A stretch of 28,330 bases of DNA from Verrucomicrobiales bacterium. Its GTDB lineage: Bacteria; Verrucomicrobiota; Verrucomicrobiia; Verrucomicrobiales; V1-33. The translations under genes were made by a program, and so were the position numbers. Under the pieces are notes generated by a model that searched no databases, was not told the origin of the DNA, and saw nothing but the letters and a program-made list of their open reading frames with translations. Location: contig JANOAV010000071.1 in assembly GCA_031411295.1 (NCBI GenBank), positions 1-28,330 on the forward strand, in the 5' to 3' direction. Of the stretch, positions 16,739-25,445 are shown one piece after another; position 1 is the first letter of the stretch; the number at the start of each line of letters is the position of its first letter.

Positions 16739-17773
16739 ATGCCACGCCTGCTGCTTGCCCTGTTGCTTCTCATCCTCCCTGCCTGCTCGACGATAAAATT
16801 TTACGCCGGAGGAATCGCTGGTCAGTTGGAGATCTTCCGTCACCAAAAACCCGTGGATGCGGTCATCAAGGCTTCATCCACCTCCGCGGTCCTCCGCCAG
16901 CGCCTGCTGCTGACCCAGGAACTGCGTCGCTTCGCCAGCGAAACCTTGGGACTCCCTGCCAGCAACGTTTACGACCACTATCGGGACCTGCAGCGCCCGC
17001 ATGTAACGTGGGTTGTCTTTGCCGCCCCCGAATTCTCGACTGAGCCGAAAAAGTGGTTCTATCCGGTGCTGGGGAAACTAGAGTATCGAGGCTTCTTCAA
17101 CGAACCAGATGCCAAGAAACTGGTGGACCAACTAAAGCGGGAAGGCTTGGACACCGCCATGGGCGGAGTGGATGCCTACTCGACCTTGGGCTATTTCCGT
17201 GATCCGCTGCTCAACACGTTCATCATGGATCCAGAGCCGGAACTGGCGGAATTATTATTTCACGAACTAACGCACCGGAAGTTGTTTCTCTCAGGGGACA
17301 CGGAATTCAACGAAGCGTTCGCCACCGCCACTGGTCAAGCCGGCGCGCGACGCTGGTTGCGGAGCCAAGGGAAACTCCAGGAGTTGGCCACCTATGAAAA
17401 AGCACTGCAACAACAGGCACTTTTTGTCAACGAAGTGCTCCGCACCAGAAGCTCCTTGAAGCAACTTTATGCCAGCAAACGACCTGAATCCGTGATGAGG
17501 GAAAAGAAGCTGCAGCTCATGTCGGACCTGCAGCAACGCATCACAGCGATGCCAGAACTCGCCTCGCAAAAAGGTTACGCCAACTGGGTCACCAAACCCA
17601 TCAACAACGCCCGCATCAATGCCATCTCCGCTTACGAAATGCTGAATCCGGCCTTTACCCACCTGCTGGAGATCGAATGTCAGGGAGATTTCGCCAAATT
17701 CTTCGCACGCGTTGAGGCGATGAAGTCCCTGTCCAAAGCCCAACGTCGCGCCCAGCTTGCTCGCTCCCGGTAG
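16739..17773 (+). CDS. Putative aminopeptidase (DUF2265/Aminopep family) lipoprotein
   Basis: Lipobox LPAC after a hydrophobic leader (start ATG 16739); YRGFF, AYSTLGYFRDPLL, FHELTH and DTEFNEAFAT. Confidence 0.85.
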   Translation: MPRLLLALLLLILPACSTIKFYAGGIAGQLEIFRHQKPVDAVIKASSTSAVLRQRLLLTQELRRFASETLGLPASNVYDHYRDLQRPHVTWVVFAAPEFSTEPKKWFYPVLGKLEYRGFFNEPDAKKLVDQLKREGLDTAMGGVDAYSTLGYFRDPLLNTFIMDPEPELAELLFHELTHRKLFLSGDTEFNEAFATATGQAGARRWLRSQGKLQELATYEKALQQQALFVNEVLRTRSSLKQLYASKRPESVMREKKLQLMSDLQQRITAMPELASQKGYANWVTKPINNARINAISAYEMLNPAFTHLLEIECQGDFAKFFARVEAMKSLSKAQRRAQLARSR

Positions 17774-17867
17774 CCCGAGTCACCTGGCTCTACTTGCTAA
17801 ACGCGGGTGAGGCGGGGCTTGCGGGACGCCAGTGATTCTGACAATAGACAGCTTTCCCCACAACCCT

Positions 17868-19172
17868 ATGATCAGCAAACTTCTCCTGACCGTTCTCGCC
17901 CTGACCGCCACCCCACTTGTGGCCGATCCAGCGGCCCCGTTGTTTCGCGATTTCGTGGGGCTGAACGGCCACACGGTGCAGTTTAAGCCGAAGCTCTATG
18001 CGCCAGTGTGCCGCTTGGTGCGGGATTACCATCCGGTGCCTTGGGACTTGGCGGAGGATACGAGCAAACTGCCAGAGTGGCCATTTGCCAAGAACCGCGT
18101 TTCCTGGGAGCAAGTCTATGGCTCGTGGCGCAAGGAAGGACTGCATATTAGTGCCTGCTTGATGATCGATGAGATGCAGGATAAATGGAAGGATCTGGCC
18201 GTGGATGCCCACGCTTACGCCAAGGCCTTTGCGCAGAATTTTGGGCCTGGGGGCAAGTGGCCGCACGTGAAGTATGTGGAGATCGGAAATGAGCCCGGGC
18301 TCTACGATGACGCTACCTATTCCAAACTCTTCAAAGCCATGGCCAAGGGGATCCGCGAGGGCGATCCGAAACTTAAAATCGTGACCTGCAACGCGGAAAT
18401 CGGCAAGAGTGATCGCTACTGGAAGACGGCCGATATATTCAAACCCCATGCGGACCTCTACGATGTGCTCCAGATCCATCGATACGCCATTGCCGAAGGT
18501 TGGCCGGTGTGGCGACGTTCGTATCCAGAGGACCCCAAGGTCCCCTATCTCAGCAGCATCGCAGAATTGCTGAAATGGCGGGACCGCAACGCTCCGGGCA
18601 AGCCGGTGTGGGTCTCCGAGTTCGGCTGGGACACCAGCACCCAGAAGCCAGATCCCAAGGGCGAGTGGGCCAAGTGGGTGGGGAGCACCGATGACGAGCA
18701 AGCGCGCTACTTGGTGCGTTCATTTCTGCTCTTTGCTGAAATGGGGGTGGATAAAGCGTTCGTCTATTTCTTCAACGATGAGGACAAACCACAACTGCAT
18801 GCCGGCTCTGGGCTAACCCGAAATTTCCAGCCGAAACCAGCCTACCACAGTGTGGCGTGGATGCTCGCAGCGCTAGAAAACTATCGTTTTACCAAGGCGC
18901 ACCAGCAATCGCTGGACACCGGTTATTGTTACGAGTTCAGCCCGGAAGCCAAGGACCAACCCAGCATTCTGGCGGTGTGGCATCCCACCAAGGAGGACCA
19001 GGAAATGAAGCTTCCCTTGCTGGGCCGGGAGTTCCTCAAAGCCGCCCAGATGCCCATGAAGGAAGGCGTGGCCATGGCACCAACCCCGTCCGCGCAGTCC
19101 GCTGAGAGCATCACGCTGCAGGTGGGAGAGCGGCCCATTTTCCTCTGGCTTAAACCACGCCCCACCAAATAA
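17868..19172 (+). CDS. Secreted clan GH-A glycoside hydrolase-like protein
   Basis: Signal peptide (MISKLLL..., ATG 17868); acid/base motif EIGNEP; nucleophile motif VWVSEFGWD; QARYLVRS and PKPAY. Confidence 0.72.
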   Translation: MISKLLLTVLALTATPLVADPAAPLFRDFVGLNGHTVQFKPKLYAPVCRLVRDYHPVPWDLAEDTSKLPEWPFAKNRVSWEQVYGSWRKEGLHISACLMIDEMQDKWKDLAVDAHAYAKAFAQNFGPGGKWPHVKYVEIGNEPGLYDDATYSKLFKAMAKGIREGDPKLKIVTCNAEIGKSDRYWKTADIFKPHADLYDVLQIHRYAIAEGWPVWRRSYPEDPKVPYLSSIAELLKWRDRNAPGKPVWVSEFGWDTSTQKPDPKGEWAKWVGSTDDEQARYLVRSFLLFAEMGVDKAFVYFFNDEDKPQLHAGSGLTRNFQPKPAYHSVAWMLAALENYRFTKAHQQSLDTGYCYEFSPEAKDQPSILAVWHPTKEDQEMKLPLLGREFLKAAQMPMKEGVAMAPTPSAQSAESITLQVGERPIFLWLKPRPTK

Positions 19173-19285
19173 GGCGGATTTGCGTAATGAACAAAATCAC
19201 CTTTTTCTGCACCCAATCGCTGCGGTTGGGGTTCACCTTTGCTCCCGCCCGAAAACAAAATCAAACCAACCTAACTTAGAACATA

Positions 19286-19849
19286 ATGAAACTCTCACTC
19301 ACGCTAATGCTGGCACTAGCTGGCCTGGTCACCCTACCAAACACCCAGGCTCAAGAAGGCGGCGGCCGCGGCCCCCGCAGGTTGCCTGAAGAAATGCTCA
19401 AAAAATATGACAAGGATAACGACGGGAAATTGAACGACGAAGAGATGAAGGCCTTCCGTGACGCCCGGGCCAAAGAGAATCTCGAGAAATACGATGCCAA
19501 CAAGGACGGCAAGTTGGATGAGGAAGAGACCAAGAAAATGGAGGCAGAGAACCCACGGTGGCGTGGATTCCAGCCAGACGCTGAGACCATCAAAAAGTAT
19601 GATAAAAATGGCGACGGCAAGCTGGACGAAGAAGAGCGCAAAACCCTGCGCGAGGCTCGGGAAAAGGAAATGCTGGCCAAATATGATGCCGATAAAGATG
19701 GCAAACTGAGCGATGAAGAACGTCGTAAGGCATTCGATGAAGAGCGTAAAGCACGCGCCGCGAAAGCCCTCGAAGGTGATAAGAAAGCCGAACCGAAACC
19801 CGAGGAGAAGAAGGCCGAACCCGCGAAACCCGCAGGGGAGGCCAAGTAG
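19286..19849 (+). CDS. Secreted EF-hand calcium-binding protein
   Basis: Signal peptide; four EF-hand loops (DKDNDGKLNDEE, DANKDGKLDEEE, DKNGDGKLDEEE, DADKDGKLSDEE); low-complexity KAEP tail. Confidence 0.88.
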   Translation: MKLSLTLMLALAGLVTLPNTQAQEGGGRGPRRLPEEMLKKYDKDNDGKLNDEEMKAFRDARAKENLEKYDANKDGKLDEEETKKMEAENPRWRGFQPDAETIKKYDKNGDGKLDEEERKTLREAREKEMLAKYDADKDGKLSDEERRKAFDEERKARAAKALEGDKKAEPKPEEKKAEPAKPAGEAK

Positions 19850-19882
19850 GCCCTGCGGTTCCCGCTGCCGCCACCAAATCGC

Positions 19883-19922
19883 GAGGCCCCTGGAAACTTA
19901 ATTTCCAGGGGCCTTTTCGTTT
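19883..19922 (+). terminator. Rho-independent terminator
   Basis: Perfect 13-bp stem AGGCCCCTGGAAA-CTTAA-TTTCCAGGGGCCT followed by TTTCGTTT. Confidence 0.85.
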
Positions 19923-20024
19923 AGGACGGTGAAACATGCCCTGATTGAAAAATCCAGTTTCCTTTCCGCCGAGCCTCTTGCAAGATGCATCGCCTGTTCC
20001 TGACCACCGCCCCCCCTTGCTTGC

Positions 20025-20558
20025 ATGTCCTTGTATTACCGCCGACCAACTCACCAACCTTACGACGCCACCGAACGACGGTTGCGGGTCGCCATGCGCA
20101 TGTCCCAGCTCGCCAGTTCGCGGGCGCTGATCTTCCTGATCGGACTCGTGTGCGCTTCCTTCGGCCTGATTTCCCTGGGACTGGAACGAGCTGCGTTGGC
20201 GCATCGCTCCGCCGCGGAGACTGAGTTGGCGCATGCTGGAACCAACTCCAGTGCCCTGCCCGGCATCACGGCCACGAGCCAGGATGAACAACTCCTCTAC
20301 GCGGCCATTGGCGCTTACGGTCTGCTGTGTTTGGCGCTGGCTAAGTTCCTCTACCATGCCCCGATGGTGGCCCCCATTCTGGCGACCGTCGGCTTCGTGG
20401 CCACTTACGTGGTCTTTTGGAAATTTAATCATTCGGACTCGCCCACGCTTTACACCTGCACCTGTCTGCTCATTTTGGGGGCCCTCATTCTGGCGATCCG
20501 GGCGGGCAGTCAATTCCTCCAGAGCTATGCCCGGATGGGGCGCCCCGACGAAAAATAA
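20025..20558 (+). CDS. Hypothetical membrane protein (about 4 TM segments)
   Basis: ATG start, four hydrophobic stretches, ends 11 nt before lpxA. Confidence 0.65.
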   Translation: MSLYYRRPTHQPYDATERRLRVAMRMSQLASSRALIFLIGLVCASFGLISLGLERAALAHRSAAETELAHAGTNSSALPGITATSQDEQLLYAAIGAYGLLCLALAKFLYHAPMVAPILATVGFVATYVVFWKFNHSDSPTLYTCTCLLILGALILAIRAGSQFLQSYARMGRPDEK

Positions 20559-20569
20559 CCCATTCTCCC

Positions 20570-21367
20570 ATGCCTCAGATTCACCCTACCGCCATCGTCC
20601 ATCCCACCGCCGCCATCGCGTCAGGGGTCGTCATCGGTCCGTATGCCATTGTCGAAGCAGACGTCAGCATTGGGGCCGGCAGTAGCTTGGCCGCCCACAC
20701 GCAAGTCCTGGCCCGCAGTGTGCTGGGGAGCAACTGCGAGATCGGTCACGGGGCCATCATCGGCGGAAATCCGCAGTCCTTGGCTTTCGATCCCCGCCTG
20801 TCCAGTAATGTAGTCCTGGGCGAGGGTAACCGCGTCCGGGAGCATGTCACCATTCATCGCAGCATGTTCGAAGGAAAGTCCACCCTTATTGGAGATCAGA
20901 ATTATTTCATGGCCGTCAGCCACGTGGGCCACGACGTGATGATGGGAGATCACAACGTCATTGCCAACAACGTCCTGTTTGGCGGCCACGTTCAGGTCGG
21001 CAATTATGGCTTCTTCGGCGGGGCCAGCATTTTCCACCAATTCATTCGGGTGGGAGACAATGTCATGATCCAGGGCAAGGCCGGCTTCAGCATGGACGTG
21101 CCGCCGTTCATGATCGGAGCGGATAACAACACGGTGGCTGGCATCAATTCCATCGGGTTGAAACGGGCCGGCTTCACCACCGCGGAGCGTTTGGAGATTA
21201 AGCGTGCGTTCGATTTCATCTATCGGAGTGGCCGGAACTTCAGCCAAGCGCTGGCGGCCGCCTTGGCGGAAGCGTGGTCCGGTCCAGCCGAGCGATTCAT
21301 TTCTTTCATAGCCGCCCATGGAAAAAAGGGCGTGTGCCCGCTGCGCCAGCGCAACTGCAACGACTAG
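20570..21367 (+). CDS. lpxA: Acyl-ACP--UDP-N-acetylglucosamine O-acyltransferase
   Basis: IHPTAIV hexapeptide repeats; PQ, REHVTIHR, HVGHD, HQF, DVPPF and GINSIGLKRAGF. Confidence 0.92.
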   Translation: MPQIHPTAIVHPTAAIASGVVIGPYAIVEADVSIGAGSSLAAHTQVLARSVLGSNCEIGHGAIIGGNPQSLAFDPRLSSNVVLGEGNRVREHVTIHRSMFEGKSTLIGDQNYFMAVSHVGHDVMMGDHNVIANNVLFGGHVQVGNYGFFGGASIFHQFIRVGDNVMIQGKAGFSMDVPPFMIGADNNTVAGINSIGLKRAGFTTAERLEIKRAFDFIYRSGRNFSQALAAALAEAWSGPAERFISFIAAHGKKGVCPLRQRNCND

Positions 21368-21390
21368 CATTTTCATTCCCTCCCTGCATC

Positions 21391-22581
21391 ATGGCAGCAG
21401 CCTTCCCCGCACTCGACTGGCTCTACAGCACACAACTCTTCGGCATTAAGCTGGGACTTGATTCCATGCACCGACTAGTCAATGCCCTGAACTTACCTGC
21501 GCAGCGCATCATCCACGTGGCCGGCACCAATGGCAAAGGCAGCACCTGCGCCATGATGGCCAGCATCGCCCAAGCCGCGGGACTGAAAGTCGGCCTGTTC
21601 ACTTCCCCCCATTTGATCAGCTTCTGCGAACGCATCCGCGTCAACGGTCGGATGATCTCAGAAGCGGAAGTTACCACCGGACTGAACCGCATTCGCACGC
21701 TGGTGGCCGATTGGGAGCCTCATCCCACGTTCTTCGAAATTACGACCGCTTTGGCTCTGGCGCATTTCGCAGAGCAGCAGGTGGATCTAATCGTGCTGGA
21801 AACCGGTATGGGTGGGCGCTTGGATGCAACGAATGTTGTCCTGCCGCTGGTTAGCGTCATCACTCCCATCTCGCTCGACCATCAACAATGGCTGGGCCAG
21901 ACGCTGCGGGAAATTGCCGGAGAAAAGGCGGGTATCATCAAACCTGGAGTGCCCGTAGTTTCCGCTCCACAAACCCCGGAAGCAGCCGCGGTGCTGCTCT
22001 CGCGTGGCCCCGTCCAGTTTGTCACCGACCGCTATCAAGCCACGGAACTAGCCTTGGCAGGAGACCATCAGCAGAGCAATGCCGCCGTCGCTGTGGCCGC
22101 CTTGACCGCGGCAGGTTATGCGTTCCCGCCAGAGATGGTGGCCCAAGGCCTGGCCCATACCCACTGGCCCGCGCGCTTCCAACGGGTGGGCGATTCCCTC
22201 GTCATCGATGGCGCGCACAATCCGGCCGGAGCGGCGGTCTTGGCGCACACTTGGCAGGAACATTTCCCTAACCGCCAAGCGCACCTAATCTTCGGAGCCG
22301 TAGCCGCCAAAGATGTGCGCAAGGTGCTGGAAATCCTCCGCCCCCACGTCGCCAGCATTAGCTTCATCACCCTGCAATCCCCACGCGCCATGCCAGCGAC
22401 CGAACTCCAATCGATCTGGCAGGAGTTGGCTCCAGCCATCCCCGTGCGCCCCACCGAGTCCTTGGCCAGCGCGCTGCGGACAGTCCCCCACCCCACTCTT
22501 GTGACCGGATCCCTCTACCTCTGCGGGGAAACGTTAGCGCTCTTGGAGCAGCAGCATGCCTTCGAAGTCAGCGCCCAGTAG
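21391..22581 (+). CDS. folC: Folylpolyglutamate synthase/dihydrofolate synthase
   Basis: IHVAGTNGKGST, FTSPHL, ERIR, ETGMGGRLDATN, EKAGI, DGAHN and GSLYL. Start placed at ATG 21391, after the lpxA stop. Confidence 0.93.
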   Translation: MAAAFPALDWLYSTQLFGIKLGLDSMHRLVNALNLPAQRIIHVAGTNGKGSTCAMMASIAQAAGLKVGLFTSPHLISFCERIRVNGRMISEAEVTTGLNRIRTLVADWEPHPTFFEITTALALAHFAEQQVDLIVLETGMGGRLDATNVVLPLVSVITPISLDHQQWLGQTLREIAGEKAGIIKPGVPVVSAPQTPEAAAVLLSRGPVQFVTDRYQATELALAGDHQQSNAAVAVAALTAAGYAFPPEMVAQGLAHTHWPARFQRVGDSLVIDGAHNPAGAAVLAHTWQEHFPNRQAHLIFGAVAAKDVRKVLEILRPHVASISFITLQSPRAMPATELQSIWQELAPAIPVRPTESLASALRTVPHPTLVTGSLYLCGETLALLEQQHAFEVSAQ

Positions 22582-22595
22582 CGTTTCCCCGGCCC

Positions 22596-23993
22596 CTACT
22601 TATCCTTCCGCTTCTTCTTGCCCCCAGCCCCGGGTTCGGCTCCATCGCTGTCCTGGCCGTCATTGCCCCAAGCCGGTTTCACATTGCTGGCATTCCAGGC
22701 ATCCCACTTGGCCTGCAGTTCCTTGACTTTCTCTGGCTGCTCCGCCGCGAGATCCTTCGTTTCCCCGATGTCCTTGGCCAGATTGTAGAGTTTGGCTGCG
22801 GTCACAGGCTGCCCGCGCTTTCCAGTTAGGGTATCGGCATTGCTATCATACCTCACCAGTTTGTAGTCACCCATGCGGATGGCACTTTGCTGGCCGAATC
22901 TCCAATAGAGTGCTTCATGCGGAGCCGCCTTGGCCTCACCAGTTAGGAATGGCAGCAAGTTGACCCCTTCCTGCTTCCATTCTGGCTTCGGCTCCACGCC
23001 CGCCACAGCCAGCGCGGTGGCTGGTAAATCCAGTTGATTCACCGGTTGATCGCACACGCTGGGTTTCAGGTGCCCGGCCCAGGAACACAGAAACGGCACC
23101 CGAATCCCACCCTCCAACGTAGTCCGTTTCGAGCCCCGTAGCGGCTCGTTGCGCGATCCATTCACCGTCACGCCCGGCATCGTCGGACCTCCATTATCAC
23201 TGATGAAAAAGACCAGCGTGTTCTGCTCCAGGCCCGCCTCCACCAACTTCTGCCTCACTTTGCCAATCGCTTCATCCATCGCCAGCATCATCGCATCGTA
23301 AGTCTTGCGTTGCTTGTTCTCCACCGCAGGAAATTTCGCCAACCGGTCATCAGTGGCGTTCATCGGCGTGTGGACCGCATTGAAGGCCAGATACAAGAAC
23401 CACGGCTGCGCTTTGTGACGATCAATAAACGCCATCGCTTCCCGACCAAACGCATCCGTCGTGTAATCCAACTCGCCCACCGGAGTGGTGCCACGCAGGA
23501 TCCCGGAAGACTCGAAATAACTGTGCGCTCCACCCAGGAACCCAAAGAAATCATCAAAGCCACGCTGCTGCGGCTGCATCGCCTCCTCGCTGCCCAGATG
23601 CCATTTACCCACCAAGCCAGTCGCGTAGCCCGCCGCCTTCAAGCGGTCGGCAATCGTCTTCTCACTCAGGGGCAAACCCGCCGCTCCACCACTGGGATTG
23701 AATTCATGACCGAAGCGCGTTTGGTAGCGACCCGTCAGCATCCCCGCCCGCGTGGGCGAGCAATACGGCCCGGTGACATAGCCATTCGTGAAACGCACCC
23801 CACTCTTAGCTAACGCATCCAGATTCGGAGTCGGAATGTCCTTGCAGCCATGGAATCCCACATCGGCATAGCCCATGTCATCTCCGACGATAAAGAGGAT
23901 ATTTGGCTTACCGGAATCAGCGGCAACACTGGCACCACCGGAGAGAGCGGCTGTTAAGCAGAGGAGGAAGCGGAAGTGATGTTGGAGTTTCAT
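22596..23993 (-). CDS. Formylglycine-dependent sulfatase (arylsulfatase-like)
   Basis: Signal peptide; PNILFIVGDDMG, CSPTRAGMLTGR (CxPxR), GKWHLG and SDNGG. Confidence 0.95.
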   Translation of the reverse strand: MKLQHHFRFLLCLTAALSGGASVAADSGKPNILFIVGDDMGYADVGFHGCKDIPTPNLDALAKSGVRFTNGYVTGPYCSPTRAGMLTGRYQTRFGHEFNPSGGAAGLPLSEKTIADRLKAAGYATGLVGKWHLGSEEAMQPQQRGFDDFFGFLGGAHSYFESSGILRGTTPVGELDYTTDAFGREAMAFIDRHKAQPWFLYLAFNAVHTPMNATDDRLAKFPAVENKQRKTYDAMMLAMDEAIGKVRQKLVEAGLEQNTLVFFISDNGGPTMPGVTVNGSRNEPLRGSKRTTLEGGIRVPFLCSWAGHLKPSVCDQPVNQLDLPATALAVAGVEPKPEWKQEGVNLLPFLTGEAKAAPHEALYWRFGQQSAIRMGDYKLVRYDSNADTLTGKRGQPVTAAKLYNLAKDIGETKDLAAEQPEKVKELQAKWDAWNASNVKPAWGNDGQDSDGAEPGAGGKKKRKDK

Positions 23994-24247
23994 GAGTTTT
24001 CAACGAGCGAGTTTGGGAGCATTTCTGGAACGAATGGGAGAGCGAGATTCGCGAAGCAGCGTCTAGTTTACAACACCGCCCTGCCGCCTTCTGACATTAT
24101 TTTCCCAATTTGCACCAATTTTTTGCATGGCGAGTCCTCCAAACCAGATTTGAACAGAAGTTAGGAAGCATTGGAAGAAATCCCGCCCATCCTCCAAGTC
24201 AAATCTCCACCATCCCCCGTCTCGGCCCCGATGCCCCAGCCATAACC

Positions 24248-24723
24248 GAATGTGGGACAGCCCGCTGGGCTGCTCCCAGAAGAACGTGTGCCGACTGTCC
24301 TCAGTCGGCCCCACCCGCAGCCAACCAAACCGAATTGGCATGGCAAAGCAAAGCGGACAAAGGAATCCACCGCCCTAGGGGGCATTTCCCGAGCCGCAGG
24401 CTCCATGGACTGCGGCAGCCCGCTGCCGCTTTCCGTCAAGCAGCCTGCTGCGAGACGCGAATCGGGAGCACGTGTCCGAGATTCAGTGCACCCCCAACGC
24501 GGCACTCGGCCCCAGCAACACGAAGAATGTGGGGCAGCCCGCTGGGCTGCTCAAGCCTTTGCACCGCATCAGAGCAGCCCAGCGGGCAGTTCCACACTCT
24601 TGCTCCCGCCCCTGCATCATGCCGACGGGTCAGCTCCCACTGAATTTCCCACCCACCATACCGCGTCCCTGGCCAAACAGCAGGCTGTCTGGCCGGAAAG
24701 CGGCAGCAGGCTGCCGCAGTCCA
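24248..24723. repeat. Cluster of two REP-like families, one doublet nested inside the other
   Basis: Family A: TGGACTGCGGCAGCCCGCTGCCGCTTTCCG (24406-24435) is inverted at 24694-24723. Family B: GAATGTGGGRCAGCCCGCTGGGCTGCTC occurs at 24248-24275 and 24525-24552, with an inverted partner at 24572-24596. Confidence 0.85.
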
Positions 24724-24901
24724 AGGTAAGGTGGCTGCGCCACGCATACTTTCTGGTATCCACCTCCAACGTTCCGTGCTTCACTCCCTCGAACTTGAAC
24801 TTTCAATCTTGAACTCACCTCCCCAAACCCGACCCCACCACCCAAATGTCATCAGAGGAAGCAGCCACTTAACTACAACCAAGAATTCATTCCCTCCTCC
24901 C

Positions 24902-25411
24902 ATGATTTCCAAGTTTTTCATTCAAGAGCAGCGACGCTTCGGGAAAGTCAGGCGATTTGCGGTCCTGGATCAGGATATGCAGGTCCGATATCGAGGAGAC
25001 CGTTTGAACCGCTTGGAGTTCAACATTGAAAGTGTAGGCCGCAACCTTAGTCCACTCAACGGGAGCTGCGATTGGGCAAAAAAAGGGTTCATGAACATGT
25101 TCTCGAACGAGCTTATTATTAAAGACGAACATCGTGGTGCTTACGCTTGGATTGATCCCAAAGATGACCAGGGACGAAAACCGAAACCACGCAAGGCATA
25201 CGATTTCACGCTATCAAATGGCGTAAACTATCGGACCGATCACACCGACGTCCGACAGGTTTATGGCTGCCACCTTCACGAATTCGGCTTTGGCCGTCCG
25301 CTGTCACCGCTCCCTTGGCAGGGCTACATCAACTGTGAAATGGAGCTTGGTGTGCTGGACGGATTGATCAGTGTGGCTGTTTACTACTGGCTAGAGCATA
25401 TTTCGAGCTGA
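24902..25411 (+). CDS. Hypothetical protein (169 aa), possibly divergent LURP/tubby-C-like
   Basis: ATG 24902 lies downstream of the REP cluster. The ORF is visibly lower in GC (about 47% in its first 60 nt), with a beta-rich pattern and a C-terminal hydrophobic helix. Confidence 0.55.
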   Translation: MISKFFIQEQRRFGKVRRFAVLDQDMQVRYRGDRLNRLEFNIESVGRNLSPLNGSCDWAKKGFMNMFSNELIIKDEHRGAYAWIDPKDDQGRKPKPRKAYDFTLSNGVNYRTDHTDVRQVYGCHLHEFGFGRPLSPLPWQGYINCEMELGVLDGLISVAVYYWLEHISS

Positions 25412-25445
25412 TGATTGCTTCCGCTGATCGTTAGGAATCCATCCG

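Noticed and set aside
17790..18701. 303-aa antisense ORF (and similar ones at 19590..20513, 20621..21376 and 5104..5781)
   Set aside because: These are shadows of well-supported genes on the opposite strand, common in GC-rich DNA.
24248..24596. Mini-CRISPR formed by the two 28-bp direct repeats
   Set aside because: The copies are about 250 bp apart and one has an inverted partner, which fits REP elements.
24063..24845. Overlapping ORFs such as 24252..24812 and 24110..24643
   Set aside because: They run through GC-rich palindromic repeats, give unremarkable low-information translations, and are best explained as spurious.
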